A DNA stretch of 64,000 nucleotides, taken from positions 12,586,001 to 12,650,000 of the forward strand of contig JBHGNT010000022.1 of NCBI GenBank assembly GCA_043228905.1, given 5' to 3'. The notes beneath the pieces were generated by a model. That model saw only the letters and a list, made by a program, of their open reading frames with translations. It ran no database searches and was not told the origin of the DNA. The position numbers and the translations under genes were made by a program. Source of the DNA: Azolla caroliniana. Its lineage: Eukaryota > Plantae > Polypodiophyta. Below are positions 35,267-48,206 of this stretch, piece by piece. Numbering within the stretch: position 1 is the first letter of the stretch; every line of letters starts with the position of its first letter.

Positions 35267-37825
35267 GCGTCTTCGGCACTGTAAATTCGAGCCAGATTCC
35301 CTTCGAGTGACAGTACTCCTCGAACTGCCCCCAGTATTCACCTCCGTTATCTGCTCGAACCGCCTTCAGTTTCCGGCCAGTTTCTCTTTCCACTCTCGCG
35401 TGGAGCTCTTTGAAGACGGATAATACCTGATCCTTCGTCTTCAGCGGTGTGGCCCACAGCTTCCGGCTGTGGTCATCTATGAACGTCACGAAGTACTGCG
35501 ATCCGGCATGTGACTTCGTGTCCACTTGACACACATCAGTATGCACCAACTCCAATGGTGCATTACGTCTCATCGGTGGCCTTGATCAGAAGGAGGTCTG
35601 GTTTTGTTTACCGGCCAATCAGTGCACTTCTCCAAGTGCACGTTCTTCACTGTAATGAGGTTGTCGTCTGCAAGCCTCTTCATCCCCTTCTCGCTCATGT
35701 GACACAATCTCTTGTGCCACAGCTCACCGGCAGTGTTGGAAGCCACGTTCACTTCTTCCGGGCATAAACGGGCATTCATCAGGTACAAAGTGTTGACTTT
35801 CCGGGCCTGAGCCACTGTCAAGCTCCCTTTGCTGAATTTCATGACTCCGTTCCGGATGCTACCCGTGTAGCCTTCATCATCTAGACGACCGGCTGATAAT
35901 AGGTTCAATCGAACCTCCGGAACGTGTCGGACATCCTTCAGCAATAGCTTGCATCCGGTTGGTGTTGTCAACCACACGTCTCCTATGCCGACAATTCGGC
36001 ATGTACCGTCATTCCCCATCTGGACACAACCGTGATCATCGGTTGTGTAGAATGAGAAGTATTTAAGGTCTGGGGTAAGGTGGAACGACGCTCCGGAATC
36101 AACAACCCACGTTGTCTCGTCGCCGGCAAGGTTCAACTCACTCTCCTCGGTGATGAGCATCAACTCTTCTTCACTTGCCGCGATTGCCGTCGTTCCCTTC
36201 CGGTCCAGCCGCCCTCTGGTCTTTACCGTTCCGGTCCGGTGTCCGCTTCGAATCGGTATCGTCGGTTTCCGTGTCTTTTTGAAGTGCCGATAGTCTAACT
36301 AGCTTCTGAAATACCGAAACCTGATTAACGGCATTTTTGTTCTGAAACATAATGCCGATCTTCTCCCAGAGCTCATGAGCCTTGCTCTCTTCATTGAAGT
36401 TGTTGTATAGGCTCATGTCGATGAAACACCGTATCTACGCCGTTGTCTTCATGTGCATCACCTCCCATATCGTGGCATCGATTTTGTCCTATCTCTTGTC
36501 CCCGAATTGAACCGGCAACCAAAGACCTTTAACCACGAGCATGTCCCTCATCTTCGACTTCCACACGGAATAGTTGGAGCCGATGAGTTTGAACATGCCT
36601 CCCAACGAATCATCCATTTTTCTGTGTCGGTTTCGCTCTAATACCAGTTTGAAAGGAATATGATTTCTTAAAGCTATGCTTGGCCACAACCGAGACGTCA
36701 GATCAATCACAGAAAACAGGAATGTGGAGAGATGTATCTACACACGAAACAGTAGAGAAGAGAGTGCACTGGATGTTAACGTGGAAAACCCAAATATGGG
36801 AAAAACCACGGCAGCCCTCAGATTGCAAAATATCACTATATCAAGATTACAAGAATGGGGCATAGAGGCAACGACCTCTTGCTCCCTCGCTTCGCCACCA
36901 GGCGGTTACAACAGAGGCAACAACCTCTTCGTCTCCTGTCCTCTCTCTCTCTGTGTGTACACAGTTACGCTCTGAATTATCGCAACCACGATAATAATAC
37001 AACCAGCTCTACGTTATCCATTAAGATTGCCCTAGGTCATACTTATACTAATATGACTTTCGGGCTATTTACAAATATAGCCCCAATGGGCTCTCTGGAA
37101 CATATTTACATATATGTCCCTTCCATCCGATGAGAGGTTCTCACCGGGCCTGCAACATCCGGTTCTCACCGGGTCTTCCTTGCCGGGTACTCGTCATCCG
37201 GTTCTCACCGGATCTTCCGTTGCCGGGTACTCCACATCCGGTTCTCACCGGGTCTTCCGTTACCGGGTACTCCACATCCGGTTCTCACCGGGTCTTTCGT
37301 TGCCGGGTACTCCACATTTGGTTCTCACCGGGTCTTCCGTTGCTGGGTACTCCACATCCGGATTCGGCCTCGGCCAAGTTGCTCATCAACACTGTTTTTC
37401 TCACTTCCCATCCGGAGGGACCTGTTTCCTAATAGTATGTCTATGATTGGAAAATCAAAGTTGCGAGAATTAAGGTGATACTATTTTTCGATGACTAGTG
37501 ATGATCAACACACTTACCTCGGGTCACATATGCAACTAGTATCTGACAAATGTACAGGGATCAAAGTATGATTCGAGTATTATATCTTCCATGCGCAACA
37601 GAGATGTACAGTTGCATTCAAAATTGCGTTATGTGTTAGTAACATGCGGCTACATAGAGTACAACAACGTCTACTTAGCGGGGATCAAATGCTCAATTGT
37701 AAAGAGGTTCCACGTATGAAAGGTGCAATTGGAAGACATGCTATTGGTTGGATGAAAAGTTACTTTCTGTTAAATTGTGAAGTAATGCCCACTACAGGTA
37801 GGATGCACCTTTCTGATAATTACAC

Positions 37826-39041
37826 ACGTCGGGAAGTTTATGATGTTTATCGATCTTATATGGTGGGCTCACATAATAAGTCTGTCACATATAGCCAATT
37901 CACAAGATTATGGAGAGCTCGGTTTTCAAATGTTATCATTCCACGTAAAGTACGCATGGGATATTGCTCCATTTGTGCAAATCTTAAAAGTTTGGCTAAA
38001 GGTGCAAAGACATCAATGGAAAATGATATGAGTAAGAAGTTACTACAAGAGCATCGTGAGGCACAATCATTAGAACGAAAGAAGGTGATGCATCATAGAG
38101 AGAAGTGTTTGAAGAGGCCCCAACAATACATGTGATTAATGATAGATGGCATGGACCAGAAGAAGACGTGTTTACCGCATATGCGAAGGCTCCCCAAAGA
38201 CGTCAATGATGAGTGCCTTCTTCAAATCATAAACGTCGGGAAGTTTATGATGTCTATCGATCTTATATGGTGGGCTCACATAATAAGTCTGTCACATATA
38301 GCCAATTCACAAGATTATGGAGAGCTCGGTTTTCAAATGTTATCATTCCACGTAAAGTACGCATGGGGTATTGCTCCATTTGTGCAAATCTTAAAAGTTT
38401 GGCTAAAGGTGCAAAGACATCAATGGAAAATGATATGAGTAAGAAGTTACTACAAGAGCATCATGAGGCACAATCGTTAGAACGAAAGAAGGCGATGCAT
38501 CATAGAGAGAAGTGTTTGAAGAGGCCCCAACAATACATGTGCTTAATGATAGATGGCATGGACCAGAAGAAGACGTGTTTGCCGCATATGCGAAGGCTCC
38601 CCAAAGACGTCAATGATGAGTGCCTTCTTCAAATCATAAACGTCGGGAAGTTTATGATGTCTATCGATCTTATATGGTGGGCTCACATAATAAGTCTGTC
38701 ACATATAGCCAATTCACAAGATTATGGAGAGCTCGGTTTTCAAATGTTATCATTCCACATAAAGTACGCATGGGGTATTGCTCCATTTGTGCAAATCTTA
38801 AAAGTTTGGCTAAAGGTGCAAAGACATCAATGGAAAATGATATGAGTAAGAAGTTACTACAAGAGCATCGTGAGGCACAATCGTTAGAACGAAAGAAGGC
38901 GATGCATCATAGAGAGAAGTGTTTGAAGAGGCCCCAACAATACATGTGCTTAATGATAGATGGCATGGACCAGAAGAAGACGTGCTTGCCGCATATGCGG
39001 AGGCTCCCCAAAGACGTCAATGATGAGTGCCTTCTTCAAAT
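37826..39041 (+). repeat. Tandem triplication, 407-bp period, inside the Sola1-like transposase
   Basis: Copies 37826-38227, 38233-38634 and 38640-39041, joined by the same CATAA filler. Confidence 0.95.
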
Positions 39042-42000
39042 GCACTTGGTGGGATGCTTGGCTTATAATAGGTCTGTTGAACCTCACGTCTTCATTACAT
39101 ACCCCAATGTTCACAATGACCCTAACCTAACAGTTACAGTGATTCACCAAGTTTTGATGTCTTGGAGCCAACCTTTCCCCCCTGTTCTATACATTCAATT
39201 TGACATTACTGCTAGAGACAACAAAAATTCAACTGTGTTTGGCTATCTAAATATGTTGGTTAACCAAGGATTGTTTAGGAAAGTGAAAGTCAATTTTCTT
39301 TTGATTGGCCACACACATGATCATATAGATCAGATGTTTAGCATATTCTCTAGACAGTTGTCTTGGCATGATGCTTTCACATTACCTAAACTATTTGATG
39401 TCATTTGTGATGCATATACACCACGCCCAAAAGTGTTACACTTGAAGGAGGTAAATGACTTGAAGAGATATATATCAGATGGGGGTGTTGGGAATGTTAA
39501 AGTACTTGCCTAGTTAAACAATATAAGAGTCAATCACATTTTTATGATAAAGAAAAATGAAATAAGCGGTTCTACACTTTTGTATGCTAAACTGTTGGGA
39601 TTACGGTCCCTCCGGATGGGATGGTCGGATGTTCGGGAATCGGATGATGAATACCCCGGCTACGGAGCCGGATGATGAAGACCCCGGCTACGGAGCCGGA
39701 TGATGAAGACCCCGGTTACGGAGCCGGATGCTGAAGACCCCGACTACGGAGCCGGATGCTGAAGACCCCGACTACGGAGCCGGATGCTGAAGACTCCGGC
39801 TACGGAGCCGGATGATGAAGACCCCGGCTACGGAGCCGGATGCTGAAGACCCCGGTTACGGAGCCGGATGACAAATGTACCCGGAGAGAGATCCGGATGC
39901 GGGGACATATTTGTGAATATGTTTGCCAAGAGCCCTTGAGGCTATATTTGTAAATAGCCCGAAAGTCATATGTGTATAAATATGACTTAGGGCAAACAGT
40001 TTTTTTTTTGTTGCTCATTTTTATGTTTTCAGCCTAGAGATCAAAGTGAGAGCAGCGGAGAGAGAGGGGAGAAACGAAGAGGTCGACATCTCTGTGTATC
40101 ACCGCCGCCTGTGGCGAAGACAATGAGCTCAAGGTCGTTGCCTTGTAGCTTCACCATTGTACACCTCTATTTATAGTGATAGTTGGAGTTTGAGGATTCC
40201 CGTGGTTTTTCCCATTTAGGGTTTTCCACGTAAAACATCCTGTGTACTCCTCTCTCTATTGTCCTCGTGCACTTTGCATTTCCCGTTTTCTGTGAGTTGA
40301 TCCTATTCCTCGGTTTGTGATCGAGCGCTGTTTTGCAACAAATTGGTATCAGAGCGACGGTAACACAGAAAATGGAAGGCGGCGGTAGTGGGCCTCCGGG
40401 CATGATGGTGTTGAACTCACAGAACTACGCCGACTGGAAGATAAAGATGGAAGACCTTCTCATCGTCCGAGACCTGTATGAACCGATCGACAATGCCGAG
40501 ATACCCAAGGGGGTAATAGAGTCGGAGTGGAAGCTCCTGAACCGGAAAGCCGTAGCGACGATCCGGCAATATGTCGATGTAAGCGTTCTACAACATGTGG
40601 CGAACGACACCAACGCATATGAGATGTGGAAGAAGCTGTCGGGCCTCTACGAGAGGAAGAATGCGTTGAACCGGACCTCCCTGATGAGGAAGATAGTGAA
40701 CCTCAAGTACCGGGACGGCGAGAATATGGTGGAACACGTGAGCACGTTCATGGGATTCGTGAACCAGCTTGCGGCGATCAAGTTCCCGTTGGAGGATGCA
40801 ATGCAAGCCATCATTCTGATGTGTACATTGCCGGAAAGCTGGGAGAACTTGGTGGTGACTCTCAGCACCTCCTGCACCGAAGATAACTTGTCTCTACAAA
40901 TGGTAAAGACAAGCATTTTGAACGAAGAAGCGCGTCGGAGAGATAAAGAACCGGTTTCCGATCCGAAGATGCTGCTTACCGAATCGGATCGGGGAAGACA
41001 ATGGAACCGGAGTCCGCAAAGACGGGAGAAGTTGGGGACCCGGTCGCAGTCAAGATGAAGGCCCACATGCTTCCACTGTGGGAAGCCGGGGCACTTCCGG
41101 AAGAATTGTCGGCATTACCGAAAAGACAACGGAGCCGACGACACCGATTCGAAGAAGTCACCGGAGAGAAACGGTGCATACCGGGGAGCCACGGACCGGA
41201 GAGGTCCGGATCGGCGAGGGCAGGACCGGAGAGGTCCGGATCGGCGAGGGCAGGACCGGAAAGGAACGACGACACTCGCGGCAAGTGAAGAAGAGATAAT
41301 GCTCATTACCGAAGAGAGGGAGCTGAACCTTGCCGGTGTAGAGATGACCTGGGTGGTCGATTCCGGAGCGTCGTTCCACCTGACCCCGGAGAAAAATTCT
41401 TCTCATCCTACACAGCCGGTGAGCACGGCTGTGTCCGGATGGGAAATGAAGGCACATGCCGGATTTCCGGCATAGGAGACGTGTGGCTGATGACATCAAC
41501 CGGATGCAAGATGCTGCTGAAGGATGTTCAACACGTTCCGGAGGTCCGATTGAACCTGATCTCGGCCGGGAGGCTAGATGATGAAGGCTACACGGGTAGC
41601 ATCCGGAACGGTGTCATGAAGTTCAGCAAAGGGAGCCTGAGAGTGGCTCGGGCCCGGAAGGTCAATACATTGTACCTGATGAATTCCCGGCTATGTCCGG
41701 AGGAGCTGAATGTGGCAGCCGACACTGCCGGTGAGCTGTGGCACAAGAGACTGTGCCACATGAGTGAGAAGGGGATGAAGAGGCTTGCCGATGACAACCT
41801 GATACCGGTAAAGCACGTACACCTGGGGAAGTGTACCGACTGTCTGGCCGGTAAGCAAAACCGGACCTCCTTCCACTCAAGGCCACCGACGAGACGTAGC
41901 GCACCATTGGAGTTGGTACACACTGATGTGTGTCAAGTAGAAGCGAAGTCACATGGCGGAGCTCAGTACTTCGTAACATTCATAGATGACCATAGCCGGA

Positions 42001-42686
42001 AGCTGTGGACGGCACCGTTGAAGACAAAGGACCAAGTATTGTCCGTCTTCAAAGAACTCCACGCGAGAGTGGAAAGAGAATCCAGCAAGAAGCTGAAAGC
42101 GATACGAGCGGATAACGGAGGGGAATACCGGGGGCAGTTCGCAGAGTACTGTCGCTCGAAGGGAATCCGGCTCGAGTTTACTGTGCCGAAGACGCCGGAA
42201 CTGAACGGGCTGGCCGAGAGGATGAACCGGACCATAATGGAGAGGGTCCGGAGTATGCTAGCACATGCGAAATTACCCAAGGGATTTTGGGCTGAGGCAA
42301 TGTCGACGGCGACGTATGTGATAAATAGATCACCCTCAATACCTTTGGACGGAGACACGCCGCAGAAAGTGTGGACCGGTAAGGAAGTGTCCTACCGGCA
42401 TCTGAAGGTGTTCGGGTGTCTCGCATACGTGCATGTGGCAAAGGACCGGAGAGGAAAGTTAGATCCAAAGACCCGGCCATGCATATTCCTCGGTTACGGC
42501 GACGACGAGTTCGGCTACCGAGTATGGGACCCGGTCGACAAGAAGATATTCAGTGTCAGGAACTCTATTAAGGCAGAGAAGGAATTAGTACTAAAAGAAG
42601 GATTAGTACTATTGTTGGGGAATAGTACTAAGACAGAGAAGGATTAGTACTATGAGAGGTGTCGAACTTTGAGAGAAGGAATGAGT

Positions 42687-42742
<56 letters not shown>

Positions 42743-43020
42743 GCGAAAGATATATGTATTATATGAAGGAAGATATACAACAGTAGTTAGAAGGCTTAAG
42801 ACTGGCGTTGAACCGATTTGGTTCGAACTAATGCCTTGCGCCTCCTTTTATAGTGTCTTCAGGAATACTCCTGAAGTTTCTAGAATGTTCCAGAGAAATC
42901 TGGAATATACATCAATTTCCCAATAAAACCTAAATGAAAATAATATCCTTCAAATTACAATTCATAACCTAATGGTAAAGTCTCGACCCGCGTAACAAAA
43001 GGTTATGGGTTCGAGTCTAG

Positions 43021-46000
43021 TTATGACACTATCCCCCCTTTAAAACGACGAGTTCCACGAGTCGTTTTGGATTGAGGACCCGGTTTCTCGGGATATCGTC
43101 GATGGAAGTCTTCTAGAAGAGCACGAGCATTGGTCACATTCTCGATCGGTTCCCAAGTACGCTCGCTGGGACTATATCCTAGCCAATCGACTAGATAGTA
43201 GAGCTTGTTGCGAACAATCTTGGAATCGAGGATGGCAGCGACCTCATATTCAGGTCCATCTTCGAGCTCGATAGGAGGTGGTGGTTGTATAGTACGTCCT
43301 GGGATAGTGCTCTCGTGATAGGGTTCGAGGAGAGAACTATGAAACACCGGATGTATCCGAAGTTGCGGAGGTAGCTCGAGACGAAAAGCGACATCATTAA
43401 TCTTCCCGATAATACGGAAAGGACCTAATCGCCGATAATCCAACTTCTCACATGGGCGAGTAGTCTTGATGTGTCGTCGTAGCAGCCACACCCGATCTCC
43501 AATGTTAAAACTGGATGGAAGTCGATGACGATCTGCGTAGTCCTTGTGTGATTGTTGAGCTTGCTGGAGTTGAGTAGATAAATCCGCTTGTATCTTGCGT
43601 AACCGCTCCAAACGATCCTCCGCGCAAGGATTTGTGGACACTTCTGGGGTTTCAAGGACACACCACCGGGGATGATATCCCGTATAAGCGTAGAATGGCG
43701 TGACTTTAGTCGATGCGTGGATAGCGTTATTATAGGCAAATTCGGCGAACTGAAGAATATCTGCCCAGTCATTCTGATGATAGTTGAGAAAGCACCGCAG
43801 ATACTGCTCCAGTGTTTGATTTGTTCGTTCGGCTTGACCGTCGGTTTGTGGGTGGTAGCCGGAGGAGAGGTTACAAGTGACCTTCAGCATTTTAAAAAGG
43901 TGCTTCCAGAATTTTGACACAAACTGAGGTCCACGATCGCTGATGATATTATCAGGGAGTCCATGATGCCGACATACTTCCCGCATGACAATTTCGGCGG
44001 TGTCTTCACTAGATATTTCTTTAGTACATGGTAAGAAATGAGCCATCTTCGTATATCGATCCACCACTGTGAGAATCGCACTGAATCCCTTAGAGACTGG
44101 AAGATCTGTAATGAAGTCAAGAGCAATGGATTGCCATGGCTTGCTTGGAATTGGTAATGGTTCTAATAAACCATATGGATGATGTCTTGGCATTTTCGCT
44201 CTGCAGCATGTATCGCAAGTCCGAACAAAATCTTCGACAAATTGTCGCATACGGGGCCACCAGAATGATCGTTGTACTAAATCTAATGTTTTAGTACTAC
44301 CAAAATGTCCTGCTGTATATGTGTCATGGCAATTTTGTACTACTCGAAGGCGGCAAGAACCATTAGGAACATACAAAAGTTCTTTAAAGAAGAGTAATCC
44401 ATCACAGTATTTGAATTGCCGATAATCCGTACCTGGTGATTGTGATTGTGAACATGACGCTCGAGAGGGGTCAATTTGTGCTAGTATAGCTTGGGCGAAA
44501 GCGTCAGTCTTCAAGTCCTCACGTATAGTATTGGTAATGTCGGAATCCACGGGTATGTCAAAGACCTGTGCTGCTTGCAGTCGTGCTGGACCCAAGATTA
44601 CTTGCTTCTGGTTATCGAAAGCTGGCTCACCGGGACGTGGTGTTAGATACGAACGCCGTGATAATGCATCTGCCTTCCCTTGGTGCTTCCCCGGACGATA
44701 TGTAATTTTAAAGTCGAAGCGTGTGAGGAAGTGGGCCCACCGAGCTTGACGTCGATTCAGTACACGAGCATCTTGAAAGTAGGCAAGGTTCTTGTGGTCA
44801 CTGAATACAGTGACCTGATGAGGAGATCCCTCCAGGAAATGCCTCCATTGCATAAAAGAATCAACTATTGCTAATAGCTCTTTATCATGAATTTCGTAGT
44901 TGATTTCGGCGGCGTCAAACTTACGGGAGTGGAAAGCCACAGGATGTAGCTTCTCGTCGTTACCCTGTTGTGACAGAATGCTCCCCAATGCGAAATCCGA
45001 TGCGTCAGCTTCGATAATGAATGGTTTTTCCGGATCCACATGACCTAAAATTGGAGCTGATGTAAACGCCTTCTTAAGACTCTCGAAAGCCATGTCCGTC
45101 TCTTTAGACCAAATGAATGATTGTCCCTTCCTGGTGAGCTGTGTGAGAGGCAGCACAATTTTTGAGTAATTTTGTATGAACTTCCGGTAAAAATTTGCAA
45201 AGCCTAGGAAGCATTGCACATCCCGCACCGAATGCGGAGTGTGCCATTCTATCACCGTTTTGACCTTGGCTGGGTCCATAGATATGCCTTCTGAGGAGAT
45301 GACATAGCCGAGAAATTCCACTTGGTTGCACCCGAAACTACATTTCTCTAACTTTGCATACAGACCATGTTCTCGAAGTCGTTTTAGTACTAATAGTACA
45401 TGAGAATCATGTTCTTCTTGGGTCTTTGAATAAACCAGTAGATCATCCAAATAGATGATCAAAAAATCATCCAAGAGATCTCGAAATATATCATTCGCCA
45501 TGTGCTGGAAGACTGCCGGCGCATTAGTGAGTCCGAACGGCATGACCGTATACTCGAAGTGCCCATATCTGGTGCGAAACGCGGTCTTCCATTCATCTCC
45601 TGGTCGGATCCGTACGAGGTTATAGGCTCCTCGTAAGTCGATCTTCGTGAAGAACCTGGCACCGTTGATCCGTTCTAAAAGACTTGAGATAAGGGGAAGA
45701 GCATACCTATTTCTTACTGTGACTTTATTCAAGCCACGGTAATCTACAACGAGTCGAAGCGAGCCATCTTTTTTCTTGACGAAGAAAATGGGTGCGCCGG
45801 CTGGAGATTTCGAATGCCGAATGAAACCGTTCTCCAAATTCTCCTCTATATAGGCTCGAAGGACTTCTAGCTCGGTTGGTGACAAATTGTAGATCGGCCC
45901 CCATGGCGGCTCTTTTCCCGGTTGTAAGTCGATGGCGCAATCGTACGGCCGATGATGAGGAAGTGTGTTGGCTTGTACTTTATCGAACACATCAGCATAC

Positions 46001-46613
46001 TGACGATACTTCTCGGGAAGTTGAACGGTGGACTCCTCTTTGGTGGTGCTGGAGGGTTGTACTGATATTGCGAAGAGAAACATTTCCTCCTTGCGCCCTT
46101 CCTCACGCAACTGACGTAGCGAAATGGTTGCAACCTTCTGGGTAGGTCCTTGGGTTTGTTGCAACCGGATTTCCCTTGTCCTCCAATCTATGTCTGGGTT
46201 ATGTAACTCGAACCATGGTAATCCTAAAACTATGGGGTGTTCTGGAATACTAATAATATTAAATGATACTACACATGTTAAGTTATCTAGGACAATATTA
46301 ACGGGTTCCGACTCTTCTATGATATTACCAGAAGCAATGGGACGACCATCAATGACTACTACTGAGGCTGGACATGGGAGCTTTCTGAGAGATATCTGAT
46401 GAGCTCGGGCAAAATTCCTATCCATGAAGCAAGAATTAGCTCCGGAATCTAGAAGGGCTAAGGTATGTACTGGAGGGGTACTTTTAGTACTAACTGCTAC
46501 TTGGGCTACGAACACATCACTAACTTGCTTAGAGGGAATGGAACCACTAATGGGCTGCACAGATCTAGGGCTGTCCAACCAAACGGCTCCTATTTTGGCT
46601 GGACTTAGTCGTT
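43021..46613 (-). CDS. pol: Element D Pol: protease-RT-RNase H-integrase-chromodomain (entered by -1 frameshift)
   Basis: [54 protein letters not shown], chromodomain YEVAAILDSK..YLVDWLGY..TWEP. Confidence 0.95.
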
Positions 46614-47774
46614 TAACTCTTCTTCTAATTGGCTAAGGACATCAAATTTGTTTGCGAGATTCGGACTATTAGTACTATTAGGACTATTATGACTATGAGG
46701 ACTATCAGAGATTCCTACTGAAATAGACTCGGGTTTAGTATAGTCAGAACTAACAACGACTTGGTTTACCTGCCTTCTTGGTCTATGGGGACAGTTTATC
46801 GCGATATGCCCTGGTCCACCGCAATAAAGGCATAATCGGTTTGTTCGGCGTCGTTGCTTTTCCTCCTCCGATAGCGGCCCACGACGACGTGTAGTGTCAA
46901 TTTCCATTGGAGTTGGAGTACTTACTGGAGGCGCATTATGTGACTCCCTTTGAAAAGGTTTTGCTACCACTGAGGCATAGGTAGGCTCGGATCTTGCCCT
47001 CGGCATCTGAAATTGTCGTTCCGAACGTCGCTCGAAGAGGCGGTTGTCACATCTGACCGCTCGACTGATTGCTTCTGTTAATGATTTTGGCTCTTCAGGG
47101 AAAGTCAAGAGTAAATCCTTGACATCGTTGCGTAGACCATAGCGGAACTGCTCCATCAATGCTTGATCATCCCAGGGGATATCAGCGGCGAGTAGGCGGA
47201 AATCTGCAGCATATGCGGAGGCTGGACGGTCACCTTGGCGTAATCGCCGGATTTTGTTGATTGCAGTCCTTATGCTGTCAGTATCTCCAAAACATGCTTT
47301 AAACTCACTTATGAATTCTTCAAAATTATTTAGTACTGGAGATTCCTTTTCTAGTAGCGGAGCGAACCATGCTAATGCTGAGCCATTTAACAACGTGCCT
47401 ACTAAACCCACTCGTGATGCATCGGTGGGATATCGGGACGGATGCATTTGAATAACTAACCGTACCTGGTTAAGAAACCCTCTAAACTGCGATCGCGTTC
47501 CATCGAACTTCGTGGGAAGGCCAATCTTGGGTTCTTTATGAATCCCTTGTGCTCCGTGCCCTTGTTGTTGCATTGCTACGATGGTTGCTTCGAGTTGTTG
47601 CACGCGTAACGCAAGTTCCCCATGCTGTTGTTGCGTTTGCTGCTTTTCTAAGGAAATTTGCTGAAGATCCCCCAACAAGCGTTGATTTTCTTGTTCCAAA
47701 GCATGAAACTTCTCTTTCAAGCATTGAAATTCCGAGAAAACGGATTGATACTCTTCAGCGCTAACGGTGGCCAT
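46605..47774 (-). CDS. gag: Element D Gag (PEG10/sushi-like, CCHC knuckle)
   Basis: PTKFDG, LRQG..YAADF, PMEID, CLYCGGPGHIAINC. Confidence 0.95.
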   Translation of the reverse strand: MATVSAEEYQSVFSEFQCLKEKFHALEQENQRLLGDLQQISLEKQQTQQQHGELALRVQQLEATIVAMQQQGHGAQGIHKEPKIGLPTKFDGTRSQFRGFLNQVRLVIQMHPSRYPTDASRVGLVGTLLNGSALAWFAPLLEKESPVLNNFEEFISEFKACFGDTDSIRTAINKIRRLRQGDRPASAYAADFRLLAADIPWDDQALMEQFRYGLRNDVKDLLLTFPEEPKSLTEAISRAVRCDNRLFERRSERQFQMPRARSEPTYASVVAKPFQRESHNAPPVSTPTPMEIDTTRRRGPLSEEEKQRRRTNRLCLYCGGPGHIAINCPHRPRRQVNQVVVSSDYTKPESISVGISDSPHSHNSPNSTNSPNLANKFDVLSQLEEELND

Positions 47775-47983
47775 GGGATGAAGGAAAAGGGAAATAAGAG
47801 ACTAGTAGGAAAGGAGGGAGAGAAAAGACCAGAGCAAAATCGGTTCAAACTGTCAGGAACTCTATTAAGGCAGAGAAGGAATTAGTACTAAAAGAAGGAT
47901 TAGTACTATTGTTGGGGAATAGTACTAAGACAGAGAAGGATTAGTACTATGAGAGGTGTCGAACTTTGAGAGAAGGAATGAGT

Positions 47984-48043
<60 letters not shown>

Positions 48044-48158
48044 GCGAAAGATATATGTATTATATGAAGGAAGATATACAACAGTAGTTAGAAGGCTTAA
48101 GACTGGCGTTGAACCGATTTGGTTCGAACTAATGCCTTGCGCCTCCTTTTATAGTGTC

Positions 48159-48206
48159 TTCAGGAATACTCCTGAAGTTTCTAGAATGTTCCAGAGAAAT
48201 CTGGAA
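48159..48206. promoter_or_regulatory. Heat-shock-element array in the D LTR (also in the other LTR, ~42858-42905)
   Basis: TTCagGAAtaCTCctGAAgtTTCtaGAAtgTTCcaGAGaaATCtgGAA: 10 in-phase pentamers, 7 perfect, next to the minus-strand TATAAAA at 48153-48147. Confidence 0.75.

Larger units (their letters stand above)
22625..36617 (-). pseudogene. Element C gag-pol remnants
   Basis: Gag NYSVWKSKM, protease WVVDSGASFH, integrase LVHTDV..DNGGEY..ELNGLAER, RT LYVDD, RNase H STTEAEY; stops, frameshifts and a large gag deletion near 36290. Confidence 0.9.
21857..37434 (-). mobile_element. Element C: Ty1/copia (Tork/Tnt1-like), degraded, host of B and F
   Basis: LTRs 36650-37434 (5') and 21857-22614 (3'); TSD ATATG/GTATG (one mismatch); tRNA-iMet PBS tggtattagagc 36646-36635; PPT at 22615-22625. 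Confidence 0.92.
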
